From Chthonomonadales bacterium (GTDB lineage Bacteria > Armatimonadota > Chthonomonadetes > Chthonomonadales > CAJBBX01), in the NCBI GenBank assembly GCA_049967475.1, contig JBMFSQ010000013.1:26009-90008 (forward strand): 64,000 bases of DNA, in the 5' to 3' direction. Below, piece after piece: positions 40,148 to 49,954 of this stretch. Both the position numbers and the translations under genes were made by a program. The stretch's first letter is position 1; every line of letters begins with the position of its first letter. Under the pieces are notes generated by a model. It was given only the letters and a program-made list of their open reading frames with translations. It was not told the DNA's origin and did no database searches.

Positions 40148-40486
40148 TCACGAGGGCACACCCCTGCGCCGCCGAGAGTAAATCCAACCCGCCGCGCATC
40201 CCAGCGCCGCAAACAGAACCAGGTTCACCAACAAGTTCGCCACCGTGTCCAGGCCCAGTTGGGCCGTGATGGCGTTGTAGAGCCTCCACAGCAGCCAGTT
40301 GACGGTGCCCAATAGGCCCCACAACACCCCCCGCAGTGCATAAATTCCCGGGCGCCCCCGCGTGCGAGGCGTACACAGGGCCACCAGCGCTCCGATGAGT
40401 GCGCCGGCGGCAGGCCCGGCAACGGCCAACATCAGGAACAGGTGCTCTACCTGTTCTTGCGTGACGATCTCGCGCATCTCGTCCAT
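40148..40486 (-). CDS. Small hypothetical membrane protein (3 TM)
   Basis: Three hydrophobic helices; GGAGG RBS; co-oriented within the ilv cluster. Confidence 0.6.
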   Translation of the reverse strand: MDEMREIVTQEQVEHLFLMLAVAGPAAGALIGALVALCTPRTRGRPGIYALRGVLWGLLGTVNWLLWRLYNAITAQLGLDTVANLLVNLVLFAALGCAAGWIYSRRRRGVPS

Positions 40487-40529
40487 TCCGGCCCTCCAGC
40501 CCATGCCGCCGGCGCGTGTCTAGAGGCGG

Positions 40530-41030
40530 TCACGCAGTGCGGGCTCCACGAGCCATGGCAATAACGCCGGTACGCACCATCTCTTTGATGCCGTATGGCT
40601 GAAGGAGCTCGCGGATCTTGTCCAGCTTCTCCGGCGAACCGGTTACTTCCACCACGAAGGTCTTTTCACCCATATCAATGATGCGTCCGCGGAAGATCTC
40701 CACGATCTGCATGATCTCGGTGCGGTCCTTCGGTTCGGCATTCACCTTGATGAGGGCCAGCTCGCGCTCCACCGCCGGTATCTCGGTATAGTCCACCACC
40801 CGGATTACCTCGATCAGCTTATTGAGCTGTTTGGTAATCTGTTCGAGAACGGCGTAGTCGCCGCCCACCACGATCGTCATGCGAGACACTTCGGGATCTT
40901 CCGTTACGGACACCGTGAGCGACTCTATATTGTAGCCCCTGCGTGCAAAGAGGCCCGACACCCGCGCCAGAACGCCGGGATGGTTCTCCACCAAGGCTGT
41001 GATCACATGTTGCTGCTGTAGCTGTGCCAT
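40530..41030 (-). CDS. ilvN: Acetolactate synthase small subunit
   Basis: ENHPGVLARVSGLFARRGYNIESL, ERELALIKV, EMVRTG. Confidence 0.94.
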   Translation of the reverse strand: MAQLQQQHVITALVENHPGVLARVSGLFARRGYNIESLTVSVTEDPEVSRMTIVVGGDYAVLEQITKQLNKLIEVIRVVDYTEIPAVERELALIKVNAEPKDRTEIMQIVEIFRGRIIDMGEKTFVVEVTGSPEKLDKIRELLQPYGIKEMVRTGVIAMARGARTA

Positions 41031-41106
41031 GAGTGTGCTGCTCCATGCTGCCATATCCCTATCCTCCTGCCCAAGCGAACCGATACATCCCTCGGCCCGG
41101 CCATCG

Positions 41107-42957
41107 TTATCGCTCCACCTGCTCCACCACTTTCGCCAGCACTTCGTCTTCGGCGGAGAAGGACCAAGTCTCGGCGTCGGAATTGACGGATGCCTTCAGC
41201 TCCTCCAGGTTCTCGCGAAGGCGCATCTCGTCCACAGACATCCCGGCGGGGATCATGGGATACACATTCTCCTCGGTGGGGATCACACAATCCAGTACCA
41301 CCGGCCGATCCTTCACAGTGAGAGCCTCCTCTATGGCAGGGCGCACCTCCTCCGGCCGGGTGATGCGCATCCCCACACCGCCGTAGGCTTCCGCCAACTT
41401 GACGAAATCCGGAGACGCCTGCAGGTCCACGTGGCTGTACCGTTGTTCGTAGAAGAGCTCCTGCCATTGGCGCACCATCCCCAGCGACCGATTGTTGATG
41501 ATGGCTGTAATCACAGGCAGGCCGTACACCGTAGCCGTCATCAGCTCCTGCACACACATCTGGAACGATCCGTCGCCGGAGAGGCAGAAGACGGTGGCAT
41601 CGGGGAGAGCCTTCTTCACTCCTATGGCCGCGGGCAGACCAAAGCCCATGGTGCCCAATCCGCCCGACGTAATAAACTGGCGAGGTCGGCGGCATCGGAA
41701 GTATTGGGCAGCCCACATTTGGTGCTGGCCCACATCTGTGGTCATGATGGCTTCCCAATCCGTGGCCTCACCGATCTGCTCGATCACGTACTCGGCGTAG
41801 AGCTTGCCATCCCTCGGATACACCAATGGGAATACGCGCTTCCACTCCATGATGCGGTCATTCCACTCAGTCCAAGGCCGCGGCTTGACGTGCTTCAGCA
41901 GTTCCCGAAGCACGGTCTTCACATCCCCTACGATGGGGATTTCGGGCTGACGCACCTTGCCGATCTCGGCCGGGTCAATGTCTATGTGGATCACCCGGGC
42001 GCCTTGAGCAAAGCGGTCTACCTTACCCGTTACGCGGTCGTCGAAGCGCGCGCCTACCGCGATGAGCAAATCGCAGTTATTTACAGCGTGGTTGGCATAG
42101 GCGGTGCCGTGCATGCCGAGCATCCCCAAAGAAAGGCGATGGTTCTCGTCAATGGCGCCTTTGCCCAGCAGGGTAGAAGTCACCAGGATGTTGCACCGCT
42201 CCGCCAGCTCCGTAACCTCGGCCTGCGCCCCCGAGGCGATGCAGCCTCCCCCCACGTACAGAATGGGGCGCTCTGCTTCGGCGATGGCCTGGGCTGCCTT
42301 GCGTATCTGCATCTCGTGGCCGCGCGTGGTGGGCCGGTACGATGGGATCTGGACCCGCTTGGGATATGTGTCCGGATCCCACTCGATCTCGGTCTTGGCC
42401 ACATCGAACGGAACGTCAATCAGCACCGGCCCGGGCCGCCCGCTCCGGGCAATATGGAAGGCCTCCGCCACCACGCGCGGGATCTCTGCCGTGTCCTTCA
42501 AAAGGTAATTGTGCTTGGTGATGGGCATGGTGATGCCGGTAATATCCGCCTCTTGGAAGGCATCCTTCCCGATCACCGCCGTCCGAACCTGGCCCGTAAT
42601 CGCCACGATCGGAATGGAGTCCATATATGCCGTAGCGATGCCGGTAACCAGGTTCGTGGCGCCGGGACCGCTGGTGGCCATGCACACCCCCACGCGCCCC
42701 GTAGCGCGGGCGTATCCATCGGCCATGTGCGCAGCCCCCTGCTCGTGGCGCACGAGTACGTGTTCGATATCGCGGTACCCGTAAAGGGCATCGTACACAG
42801 GAAGGAGCACGCCGCCCGGGTAGCCGAAGATGTGCTTGACGCCTTCCCGGCGCAGGCACTCCAATAGGATTTTCGCACCAGACATTCTCATCGAAGGATC
42901 TACCCCCTGTTTCGTGTTTTGCGGCTCAGGCGTCCCCAACGGGAACGTGCTGCTCAC
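41107..42957 (-). CDS. ilvB: Acetolactate synthase large subunit (start may be 42891)
   Basis: FGYPGG, RHEQ, TSGPGATN, GMHG, GDGS...NN ThDP motif. Confidence 0.95.
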   Translation of the reverse strand: MSSTFPLGTPEPQNTKQGVDPSMRMSGAKILLECLRREGVKHIFGYPGGVLLPVYDALYGYRDIEHVLVRHEQGAAHMADGYARATGRVGVCMATSGPGATNLVTGIATAYMDSIPIVAITGQVRTAVIGKDAFQEADITGITMPITKHNYLLKDTAEIPRVVAEAFHIARSGRPGPVLIDVPFDVAKTEIEWDPDTYPKRVQIPSYRPTTRGHEMQIRKAAQAIAEAERPILYVGGGCIASGAQAEVTELAERCNILVTSTLLGKGAIDENHRLSLGMLGMHGTAYANHAVNNCDLLIAVGARFDDRVTGKVDRFAQGARVIHIDIDPAEIGKVRQPEIPIVGDVKTVLRELLKHVKPRPWTEWNDRIMEWKRVFPLVYPRDGKLYAEYVIEQIGEATDWEAIMTTDVGQHQMWAAQYFRCRRPRQFITSGGLGTMGFGLPAAIGVKKALPDATVFCLSGDGSFQMCVQELMTATVYGLPVITAIINNRSLGMVRQWQELFYEQRYSHVDLQASPDFVKLAEAYGGVGMRITRPEEVRPAIEEALTVKDRPVVLDCVIPTEENVYPMIPAGMSVDEMRLRENLEELKASVNSDAETWSFSAEDEVLAKVVEQVER

Positions 42958-42979
42958 TCCTTCTCGGATGGCCCAGAAA

Positions 42980-43258
42980 ACGAAAACCCCTCATCCCAAG
43001 GGACGAGAGGTTCACTCACGCGGTACCACCCTTGTAGACCGACGCGCGTTATCGAAACGCGAACGGTGCTGCGCCGAAGCAACAGCCGCCGATCCACTCT
43101 TACGCTGTATCGGGCGCTCCCGTGAAGCCCTACTGAGGCTCAAATGCCTGTTCAGACCTCAAGCTCCGAGGGGAGTTTCCGCGCAGACCCTTGCTGCCTC
43201 GCACCAACCGCCAGCTCTCTGAAACGGAAGCCTGCGCGTACTGGCCTCATCAACGCCT
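42980..43258 (-). ncRNA. T-box riboswitch leader (probable Leu specifier CUC) with intrinsic terminator
   Basis: Minus strand: stem I with CAGAGAGC and GGTTGGTGCGA loop, GAAACUC specifier region, AGTA stem II, T-box AAGGGTGGTACCGCG (43019-43033), terminator CCTCTCGTCCC-TT-GGGATGAGGGG-TTTT. Confidence 0.9.
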
Positions 43259-43281
43259 TCGCCTATTCAACTGTGTGGGCT

Positions 43282-43311
43282 AGCATACCACGACCCCGCC
43301 GGATTTGTCAA
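43282..43311 (-). promoter_or_regulatory. sigma70 promoter of the T-box/ilvB leader
   Basis: TTGACA-18bp-(TG)TATGCT. Confidence 0.7.
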
Positions 43312-43372
43312 GTGTTTCCGGAGCCCTTGGCGTATGCATTATCGGATGCGGCGCGCCGCTCCTCCACCCTGG

Positions 43373-43401
43373 TTGCGGGCCAACCGTGCGTGTGCTATAA
43401 T
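43373..43401 (+). promoter_or_regulatory. sigma70 promoter of efp
   Basis: TTGCGG-17bp-TATAAT with extended TG. Confidence 0.6.
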
Positions 43402-43453
43402 ACCCGTCGCGATCCACCACCATCCGTAACCTTTGGAGGATGCCCACGCTTTT

Positions 43454-44011
43454 ATGGATACCAGTGACTTCCGCAATGGCCTCTCCATCATCCAAGATAA
43501 CGAAATCTACACCATCGTAGAGTTCCAGCATGTAAAGCCCGGCAAGGGCGGCGCATTCGTGCGCACCAAACTTCGCAACGCAAGAACAGGGGCTGTGATC
43601 GAAAAGACCTTCCGGGCCGGCGAACGCATGGAACAAGCCCGCCTTGAGCGGCGTACCATGCAATACCTGTATCACCAGGACGACGATTACTATTTGATGG
43701 ACAAGGACACCTTCGAGCAGATCTCGGTTCCTAAGTCCCTCATCGGTGAACCCGTAAAGTACCTCAAAGACGGCATGGATGTTACCGTGGTGGATCACAA
43801 TGGGAGCATCATCTCGGTGGAGGTTCCCTTCTTCGTTGAACTGGAAGTGGCCATGACGGAACCTGGCGTTCGAGGGGACACAGCCGCAGGAGGCTCCAAA
43901 CCCGCCACCCTGGAGACCGGAGCCGTGATCCAGGTGCCCTTCTTCATCAATATCGGGGATAGGGTCAAAGTGGACACCCGCACCGACACCTACCTCGAAC
44001 GCGTCAAGTGA
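43454..44011 (+). CDS. efp: Elongation factor P
   Basis: [29 protein letters not shown]. Confidence 0.96.
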   Translation: MDTSDFRNGLSIIQDNEIYTIVEFQHVKPGKGGAFVRTKLRNARTGAVIEKTFRAGERMEQARLERRTMQYLYHQDDDYYLMDKDTFEQISVPKSLIGEPVKYLKDGMDVTVVDHNGSIISVEVPFFVELEVAMTEPGVRGDTAAGGSKPATLETGAVIQVPFFINIGDRVKVDTRTDTYLERVK

Positions 44012-44045
44012 AGCGTCGGCCGATCCCGACGCGTAAGGCGCTGCC

Positions 44046-45308
44046 GTGCCCATCACTGTTCGTTCCCGGCGTGGAGATAACGAGAGGCTCTACCAGCTCC
44101 TTATGGACTGGGTGCGCCGCATCATGCAGCTCGCCGTCGTAGCTGTGGCGCTGCTCTATGCCTATATCCTCTACGGCCTCCTTTTCGGCAGCGTGTCCCA
44201 GTGGACAACTTTGAGCCCTGCAGATCAAGCCCGCATCGGCGGAAACGTTCAGGCAGCCACCCTCTACCTCAATATCGCCATCGGCATCCTGTTGCTCACG
44301 GCTTCCGTGCTCTATTACGACGAGCAGCCCACGGGATACCTCATGGTGATGGGGGCTGTACTCTTCTACCTGGGTCTGCCCTACCTCATCGGCCAATTGA
44401 TGCCCGAGCAAATCCAGGAATGGGCCCGCTCCCGCAATACGGCCGCCCTGGCGATCCTGGCTCAGTTCAAAACCGCAGGATGGATGATGGCGTTGCCGGG
44501 CGCGGTCCTGCTGATACGCGACGTAGCCCTGCAGATTATTGAAGGAGGGACGCGAAAACGCGAGCAGTTCAGCGCCATGCAGTATGGAGGCTCCGTAAAG
44601 GAAGAGGCGCCTGTTCCCGGAGCCCTCATCGGTGTATTGGCCAAGTGCTGGCAACTGCCCTATTGCCGGGAAGCCATCCGCAAATTCTGCCCCATCTACC
44701 TTGCCCGCCGCCGGTGCTGGCGCGAACGCGTAGGATGCATGTGTGAAGAACGCGTCATCCGCCATGCCATGGATGTGCTCATCAACAAAGAGGAGATCGT
44801 CCGCGACACCTCCAAACCCAAGGCTCCAGGTGAGGATCTCGTCCAAGGCTTGGACCTTACCCGGCCTTCCGGCGAGCCCAACGTGCAGAGGGAGGCCGCG
44901 CCCATTCCTCCGCCCGTGCGCGTACGCCCCAGTGAGGTGAAAATCCCGCACAACCCCAACCTCTCGATGGCTGCCAAGAAGGAACGGTGCCGCAATTGCG
45001 TTATCTATAACGAACACCAGCGCCTCAAATACCAGGCCCTTGCGCCCCTCGTCGTGGCGGGCGTGCCGGCGTTGGCCTACGTGAACATCGGATGGATCAT
45101 CTCCACCCTTCACCAGCTCCTGCACACGGTAGATGAACTCATGGCGCGCTTCTCTTTCGCCGCCAATCCCCAGGATACCGGCTTCGCCGTGAGCATTACG
45201 TCAACCAGTGTGGTCGCCGAATACCTGATCATAGGATGCATCGTCGTAATCCTCACCACAGCCGCTCTCCGCTGGCTGGAATACTTCATCTTCCAGCTCA
45301 AGATCTAA
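44046..45308 (+). CDS. Hypothetical membrane protein with a Cys-rich (two-CW-like) loop
   Basis: 4 TM + KCWQLPYC...CPIY...CWRERVGCMC...CRNCVIY + 2 TM. Confidence 0.7.
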   Translation: MPITVRSRRGDNERLYQLLMDWVRRIMQLAVVAVALLYAYILYGLLFGSVSQWTTLSPADQARIGGNVQAATLYLNIAIGILLLTASVLYYDEQPTGYLMVMGAVLFYLGLPYLIGQLMPEQIQEWARSRNTAALAILAQFKTAGWMMALPGAVLLIRDVALQIIEGGTRKREQFSAMQYGGSVKEEAPVPGALIGVLAKCWQLPYCREAIRKFCPIYLARRRCWRERVGCMCEERVIRHAMDVLINKEEIVRDTSKPKAPGEDLVQGLDLTRPSGEPNVQREAAPIPPPVRVRPSEVKIPHNPNLSMAAKKERCRNCVIYNEHQRLKYQALAPLVVAGVPALAYVNIGWIISTLHQLLHTVDELMARFSFAANPQDTGFAVSITSTSVVAEYLIIGCIVVILTTAALRWLEYFIFQLKI

Positions 45309-45326
45309 GGGGCGCAATCGTCACCA

Positions 45327-45776
45327 ATGGCACATTCGGAACCGATTTATAACGAAATCAAACAGTTGATCGAGCTGATGCAAGGCACCTCCGTGTCGGA
45401 ATTGACCCTTCAAACGGAGGGCCGCCGCGTCACCATCCGCCGGTTCCCCACGCCTGCCGCCGGAACGCCTCCCTCGAGCCCACAAGATCGCACGCTTCCT
45501 GCTGTAACCGAGGCGCCGCCTCCGCTGCAACCCCAGGAAGCTCCCCGCACCGCAGTGGTCCTGGCGCCCATGGTCGGCATCTTCCATCACGCCGAACCGC
45601 CCGTGGGCATCGGCTCTCATGTAGAGGAAGGTCAGGTTGTGGGCATCATCGAATCCATGCGCCTCATGAACGAAATCCGCTGTGAATACGCCGGGGAAGT
45701 CACCCAGATTTACATCGAAGCCGGGATGCCCGTGGAGTACGGTCAGCCCCTAATGGAGATCACCCTCAATGCGTAA
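45327..45776 (+). CDS. accB: Biotin carboxyl carrier protein-like protein
   Basis: APMVGIF...IIESMRLMNEI...VEYGQPL; the biotinylated Lys position (EAMKL) reads Arg (ESMRL). Confidence 0.8.
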   Translation: MAHSEPIYNEIKQLIELMQGTSVSELTLQTEGRRVTIRRFPTPAAGTPPSSPQDRTLPAVTEAPPPLQPQEAPRTAVVLAPMVGIFHHAEPPVGIGSHVEEGQVVGIIESMRLMNEIRCEYAGEVTQIYIEAGMPVEYGQPLMEITLNA

Positions 45777-46167
45777 CGGCATCGCCGATATAAACACTCC
45801 CGCTGCACGCCGCCGATCCGCCGCCTTTCACCTGGTGGAATTGCTGGTGGTGATTGCGATCCTCGCTATTGTTGCTGCCTTCATCCTTCCGAAATACCTC
45901 GGAGGCCACACGGCAGGGGGCAAAGCGATCAAGGCCCCCGTCACGGCGGCAAGGGATGTAGAGTGCCGATCCAACCTGGCGCAGCTTCGGCAGGCCATCG
46001 AAATGGAACGGCAAAGCTCAGAGAACGGTTCCCCACCGCCGAACCTTCAAGCGCTTCGATCCATCCCCCGCCAGATGCTGGTCTGCCCGGTGGGGGGTGA
46101 AGCCTATGTGTACGACCCTCAAACCGGCGCCGTACACTGCCCCCATCCAGGACACGAGAACTTCTAG
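45769..46167 (+). CDS. Small prepilin-like protein (ComGC-like C-terminus)
   Basis: [19 protein letters not shown]...CRSNL...CPVGGEAY...CPHPGH. Confidence 0.8.
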   Translation: MRNGIADINTPAARRRSAAFHLVELLVVIAILAIVAAFILPKYLGGHTAGGKAIKAPVTAARDVECRSNLAQLRQAIEMERQSSENGSPPPNLQALRSIPRQMLVCPVGGEAYVYDPQTGAVHCPHPGHENF

Positions 46168-47525
46168 TGTTTGCAAAGATCCTCATAGCCAATCGCGGCG
46201 AAATCGCCGTCCGCATCATCCGCGCCTGTCAAGAGATGCGCATCAAGACTGTGGCGGTTTACTCCACAGCCGATGCCAACTCCCTGCACGTCCGCCTGGC
46301 CGACGAGGCCGTTTGCATCGGTCCGCCCTCAAACAAAGACAGCTACCTCCACGCGCCCAATATCATCGAAGCCGCCCACATCACCGGCGCCGAAGCCGTG
46401 CATCCCGGGTATGGGTATCTGAGCGAGCAGGCGAGCTTCGCCGAGGCCTGTGAGGCCTGCCGCCTCGTATTCATCGGCCCCCCCGCCCACGTCATCGAAC
46501 AGATGGGGAACAAGGCTCGGGCCAGGGAAACGGCAAAAGCCGCCGGCGTGCCCATCGTCCCCGGCGCCGAAGGCACCCTCGCAGGAGAACAGGAAGCACT
46601 CAAGGTAGCGCACAAGGTGGGATACCCCATCTACATCAAGGCGGTAGCCGGCGGCGGCGGCACCGGCATCCGCCGCGTAGACGACGAAGACGCACTCCCA
46701 GGTGCCCTCCTCATGGCGCGCACCGAGTCCGAATCCGCTTTCGGCAATCCCGAGGTGTATATCGAGAAGCTCGTGGAGGAACCGCGGCACATCGAAGCGC
46801 AGATCCTCGCCGATGCCCACGGCCATGTAATCCACCTGGGCCTTCGGGAGTGCTCCGTCCAAAACGTGCGCCACAAGAAGCTCGTGGAAGAAGCTCCTGC
46901 CTCGGCCATTCCCCATGGATTGCGCAACCGCATCGCTGAGGCCGCCGTCAAGCTCGCCAAGCACGTAGGCTATCGCGGCGCCGGCACCGTCGAATTCCTC
47001 GTGGACCGGCGCGGGGATTTCTATTTCCTGGAAATGAACACACGCCTACAGGTGGAACACCCCGTTACCGAACTCGTCACCGGTGTGGATATCGTAAAGG
47101 AGCAGATCCTCATCGCAGCAGGAGAACGCCTCTCGATCCACCAGAAGCAGGTGCAATTCCACGGCCATGCCATCGAGTGCCGCATCAATGCTGAAGATCC
47201 TGAACGCAACCATGCCCCTAGTGCCGGTTGCATCTCGTCCGTCCACTTCCCGGGAGGACCTGGAGTGCGCGTGGACAGCCACATCTATTGCGGCTACGAA
47301 GTCCCGCCCTATTACGACCCGATGCTGGCTAAGCTTATCGTTTGGGCGCCGGACCGCCCCCAAGCAGTAGCTCGGATGCAGCGCTGCCTCAACGAACTGG
47401 AAATCGTGGGGGTTCCAACCAACGTGGAACTCCACAAACGCATCGTGGCCGATGCCTTCTACCGCCGGGGAGAAGTCCATACGGAATTCCTCGCCCGGCG
47501 CATCCTCAATCACTCGTCATTGTAA
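46167..47525 (+). CDS. accC: Acetyl-CoA carboxylase biotin carboxylase subunit
   Basis: ANRGEIA, HPGYGYLSE, EMNTRLQVEH, YYDPMLAK. Confidence 0.92.
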   Translation: MFAKILIANRGEIAVRIIRACQEMRIKTVAVYSTADANSLHVRLADEAVCIGPPSNKDSYLHAPNIIEAAHITGAEAVHPGYGYLSEQASFAEACEACRLVFIGPPAHVIEQMGNKARARETAKAAGVPIVPGAEGTLAGEQEALKVAHKVGYPIYIKAVAGGGGTGIRRVDDEDALPGALLMARTESESAFGNPEVYIEKLVEEPRHIEAQILADAHGHVIHLGLRECSVQNVRHKKLVEEAPASAIPHGLRNRIAEAAVKLAKHVGYRGAGTVEFLVDRRGDFYFLEMNTRLQVEHPVTELVTGVDIVKEQILIAAGERLSIHQKQVQFHGHAIECRINAEDPERNHAPSAGCISSVHFPGGPGVRVDSHIYCGYEVPPYYDPMLAKLIVWAPDRPQAVARMQRCLNELEIVGVPTNVELHKRIVADAFYRRGEVHTEFLARRILNHSSL

Positions 47526-47746
47526 CAGGGATCCTCTGCCCGGAGCGCAGCATCTTCGAACGCGCGCATCACCACCTCGGCCGCGCGGACGGCCTCGTTG
47601 CCTGCGCCGCACAACCGAAGCTCCATCCACCGGTTCCGTGCTGCAAGATATTGCGTCATCCGCGCAGCCGATGCCGTATTGATGCGCAGCTTCTTGGGCT
47701 CATCGTCCTCCGGCGCGCCCTCGGCGTATTCCCACAACGTCGTCAT
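47510..47746 (-). CDS. Possible small hypothetical protein
   Basis: 78-aa ORF filling the accC-GH gap with plausible composition; no recognisable motif. Confidence 0.35.
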   Translation of the reverse strand: MTTLWEYAEGAPEDDEPKKLRINTASAARMTQYLAARNRWMELRLCGAGNEAVRAAEVVMRAFEDAALRAEDPCYNDE

Positions 47747-47925
47747 CCGGCACCTATCCGAAGAGGGTAACAGTCTCCTCCATTATGGACGCCCGGCAAT
47801 TCCTCTTTAGACACGAACATGCACGGGGTCCGATTTTCCATTGGGAAGGGATTGCCGCCGCTCCAGCCGAAGCAATAGCACGGCATCGCACCGAAACGCG
47901 CGCCCACGCTGGGAGGGATCTGCCT

Positions 47926-49953
47926 ATGAAACGCATTGCCTTCATGCTCGCCGTGGCCGGAGTTTGTGCCGCCGTGTCGTCCTCGGCTGCCACAGTGAAG
48001 CATTCCGGCCCACTCTGGACCCTCCAGAACCGCCGCCTCAACGTGCGCGTCGAAGCGCAATCCGGCAGCATCACCGTAGAAGACAAAGCCGCGTCGTTTG
48101 TATGGCGGCAGGCGCCATGGAGCTCTACTGCGCCGTCCCCTCGCTTCCGCACAGTGGAACCCGTCCGCAACGGCATCCGCTTCGACGCCGATTTTGGGAA
48201 TTCCCCCAAGAGCCCGCTTCCTTTCGTCGTTACCGTGACGCTCCCAAATGACGGCGCGGATCTGCGCATCTCCGTGGATACGGCAGATCGCCGGCGCCCC
48301 GTGCAACCTTTCTCCTTCCTTCCTCCCTTCCTGCTGGACACGCCCGGCGCCGTCATCGCCATGGCCGATTACAGCGACGGGCACCTCTACCCCGCCCACT
48401 TCGACCCCTTCCCGGCAGAATGGCTCGCTGCCGATCGCCTGGACATGCCTTGGGTGGGAGTGTGCGACCTTCAGCGTGGGATGGGTTATGCCCTCATCAT
48501 CGAGACCTCCGACGATGCCGTCGTAACGTGCCGCAGATATCCGTCCCAAGAAACCGCGGTGGCCGCCCCCATGGTGCAGTGGCTGCCAAGCAAGGGCTCC
48601 TTCGCCTATCCCCGCTCCGTCCTCTATCGCTTCGTAAGCCACGGAGGATACGTGGCTCTGGCCAAGGCCTATCGCGGTTACGCAGCGCAGCAGGGATTGG
48701 TGGTTCCGTTCCGCCAAAAGCTCAAGAAGAACCCCAACATTGCGCGCCTTTTCGGAGCCCCAGACGTGTGGGGGAATGCCAGCCTCGCCTTCGCCCGGCA
48801 GGCCAAGGAGGCGGGCGTGGACAAAATGCTGATCCAGGGCCGCACGACACCCAAAGACATGGCGGCTATCCGCGATCTGGGATATCTTCCAAGCGAATAC
48901 GACAACTACACCGACATCCTGCCCGTGGCGCCCGGCAAGGAGATAGATGCCAACCATGACATCCTCCCCGATCATGCCGTGATGCTGGCGAACGGCCGGC
49001 GCATGACCGCGTGGCTCACTTGGGACAAAAAGACGCAATTCATGAAGCGGTGCCCAGCGTTTTGGGTACCGACAGCCCGCATCGTCATCCCGAAGGTGCT
49101 CGAGCAATACCCCTTCCTGGGGCGCTTCATAGACGTCACCACAGCCGAAGGGCTCTACGAATGTTACGACCCCAACCATCCCCTCACCAAGACGCAGAAG
49201 CGCCGCTGCGGCGAGGAACTTCTGAGCTACGTACGGTCCCTGCACCTGGTTACCGGCGGGGAACACGGCATCTGGTGGAGCGTGCCCTATCTGGACTACA
49301 TCGAGGGCATGATGAGCGGCGGCGCCCGCTACTACTCATGGCCGGCAGGACACCTTATCCATCCCAAATCCAAAGACGAGCAGTTCGTGGAGCCCTGGGG
49401 GAACCGCACCGCATCCTTCAATGACTACCTAAAATGGGGCATCGGGCACCAGTGGCGCGCCCCTCTGTGGGAGCTTGTGTTCCACGACTGCATCGTGTCC
49501 ACGTGGTACTGGGGAGACGCCAGCGACTTCCTGCTCGATGCCGCCCCCGAAATCACCCCCAAAAAAGATGCCTTCAACATCCTCTACGGCACCATCCCGC
49601 TCCTGTGGGCCGATAGCGGCGGCTCATGGACAAAGAACCGAACCGCGTTCCTTAGAACCTACCGCAATACATGCAAGCTCCACGAAGTCCTGGCCGGCAC
49701 AGAGATGCTGAGCCACGAATTCCTCACCCAGGATCACGATGTGCAGCGAACCCGCTTCTCCAACGGCGTTACGGTCGTCGTGAATTTCGGCGAGCACCCT
49801 TACTCCATCGCCGTGAAGGGACACACCCATCTTCTGCCGCAAAACGGCTGGGTGGTATGGGGTCCTGGCGTGTGGCAGAGCCGCACCCTCATAGACGGCC
49901 GGGTGGTCACCCGCATCGCCATCGGCCGCTACCGCTTCACCGAAACCGAATGA
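47926..49953 (+). CDS. Secreted glycoside hydrolase (GH101/GH129-like)
   Basis: Signal peptide MKRIAF; YVALAKAYR, FIDVTT, GGEHG, PLWELVFHDC motifs. Confidence 0.65.
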   Translation: MKRIAFMLAVAGVCAAVSSSAATVKHSGPLWTLQNRRLNVRVEAQSGSITVEDKAASFVWRQAPWSSTAPSPRFRTVEPVRNGIRFDADFGNSPKSPLPFVVTVTLPNDGADLRISVDTADRRRPVQPFSFLPPFLLDTPGAVIAMADYSDGHLYPAHFDPFPAEWLAADRLDMPWVGVCDLQRGMGYALIIETSDDAVVTCRRYPSQETAVAAPMVQWLPSKGSFAYPRSVLYRFVSHGGYVALAKAYRGYAAQQGLVVPFRQKLKKNPNIARLFGAPDVWGNASLAFARQAKEAGVDKMLIQGRTTPKDMAAIRDLGYLPSEYDNYTDILPVAPGKEIDANHDILPDHAVMLANGRRMTAWLTWDKKTQFMKRCPAFWVPTARIVIPKVLEQYPFLGRFIDVTTAEGLYECYDPNHPLTKTQKRRCGEELLSYVRSLHLVTGGEHGIWWSVPYLDYIEGMMSGGARYYSWPAGHLIHPKSKDEQFVEPWGNRTASFNDYLKWGIGHQWRAPLWELVFHDCIVSTWYWGDASDFLLDAAPEITPKKDAFNILYGTIPLLWADSGGSWTKNRTAFLRTYRNTCKLHEVLAGTEMLSHEFLTQDHDVQRTRFSNGVTVVVNFGEHPYSIAVKGHTHLLPQNGWVVWGPGVWQSRTLIDGRVVTRIAIGRYRFTETE

Positions 49954-49954
49954 A

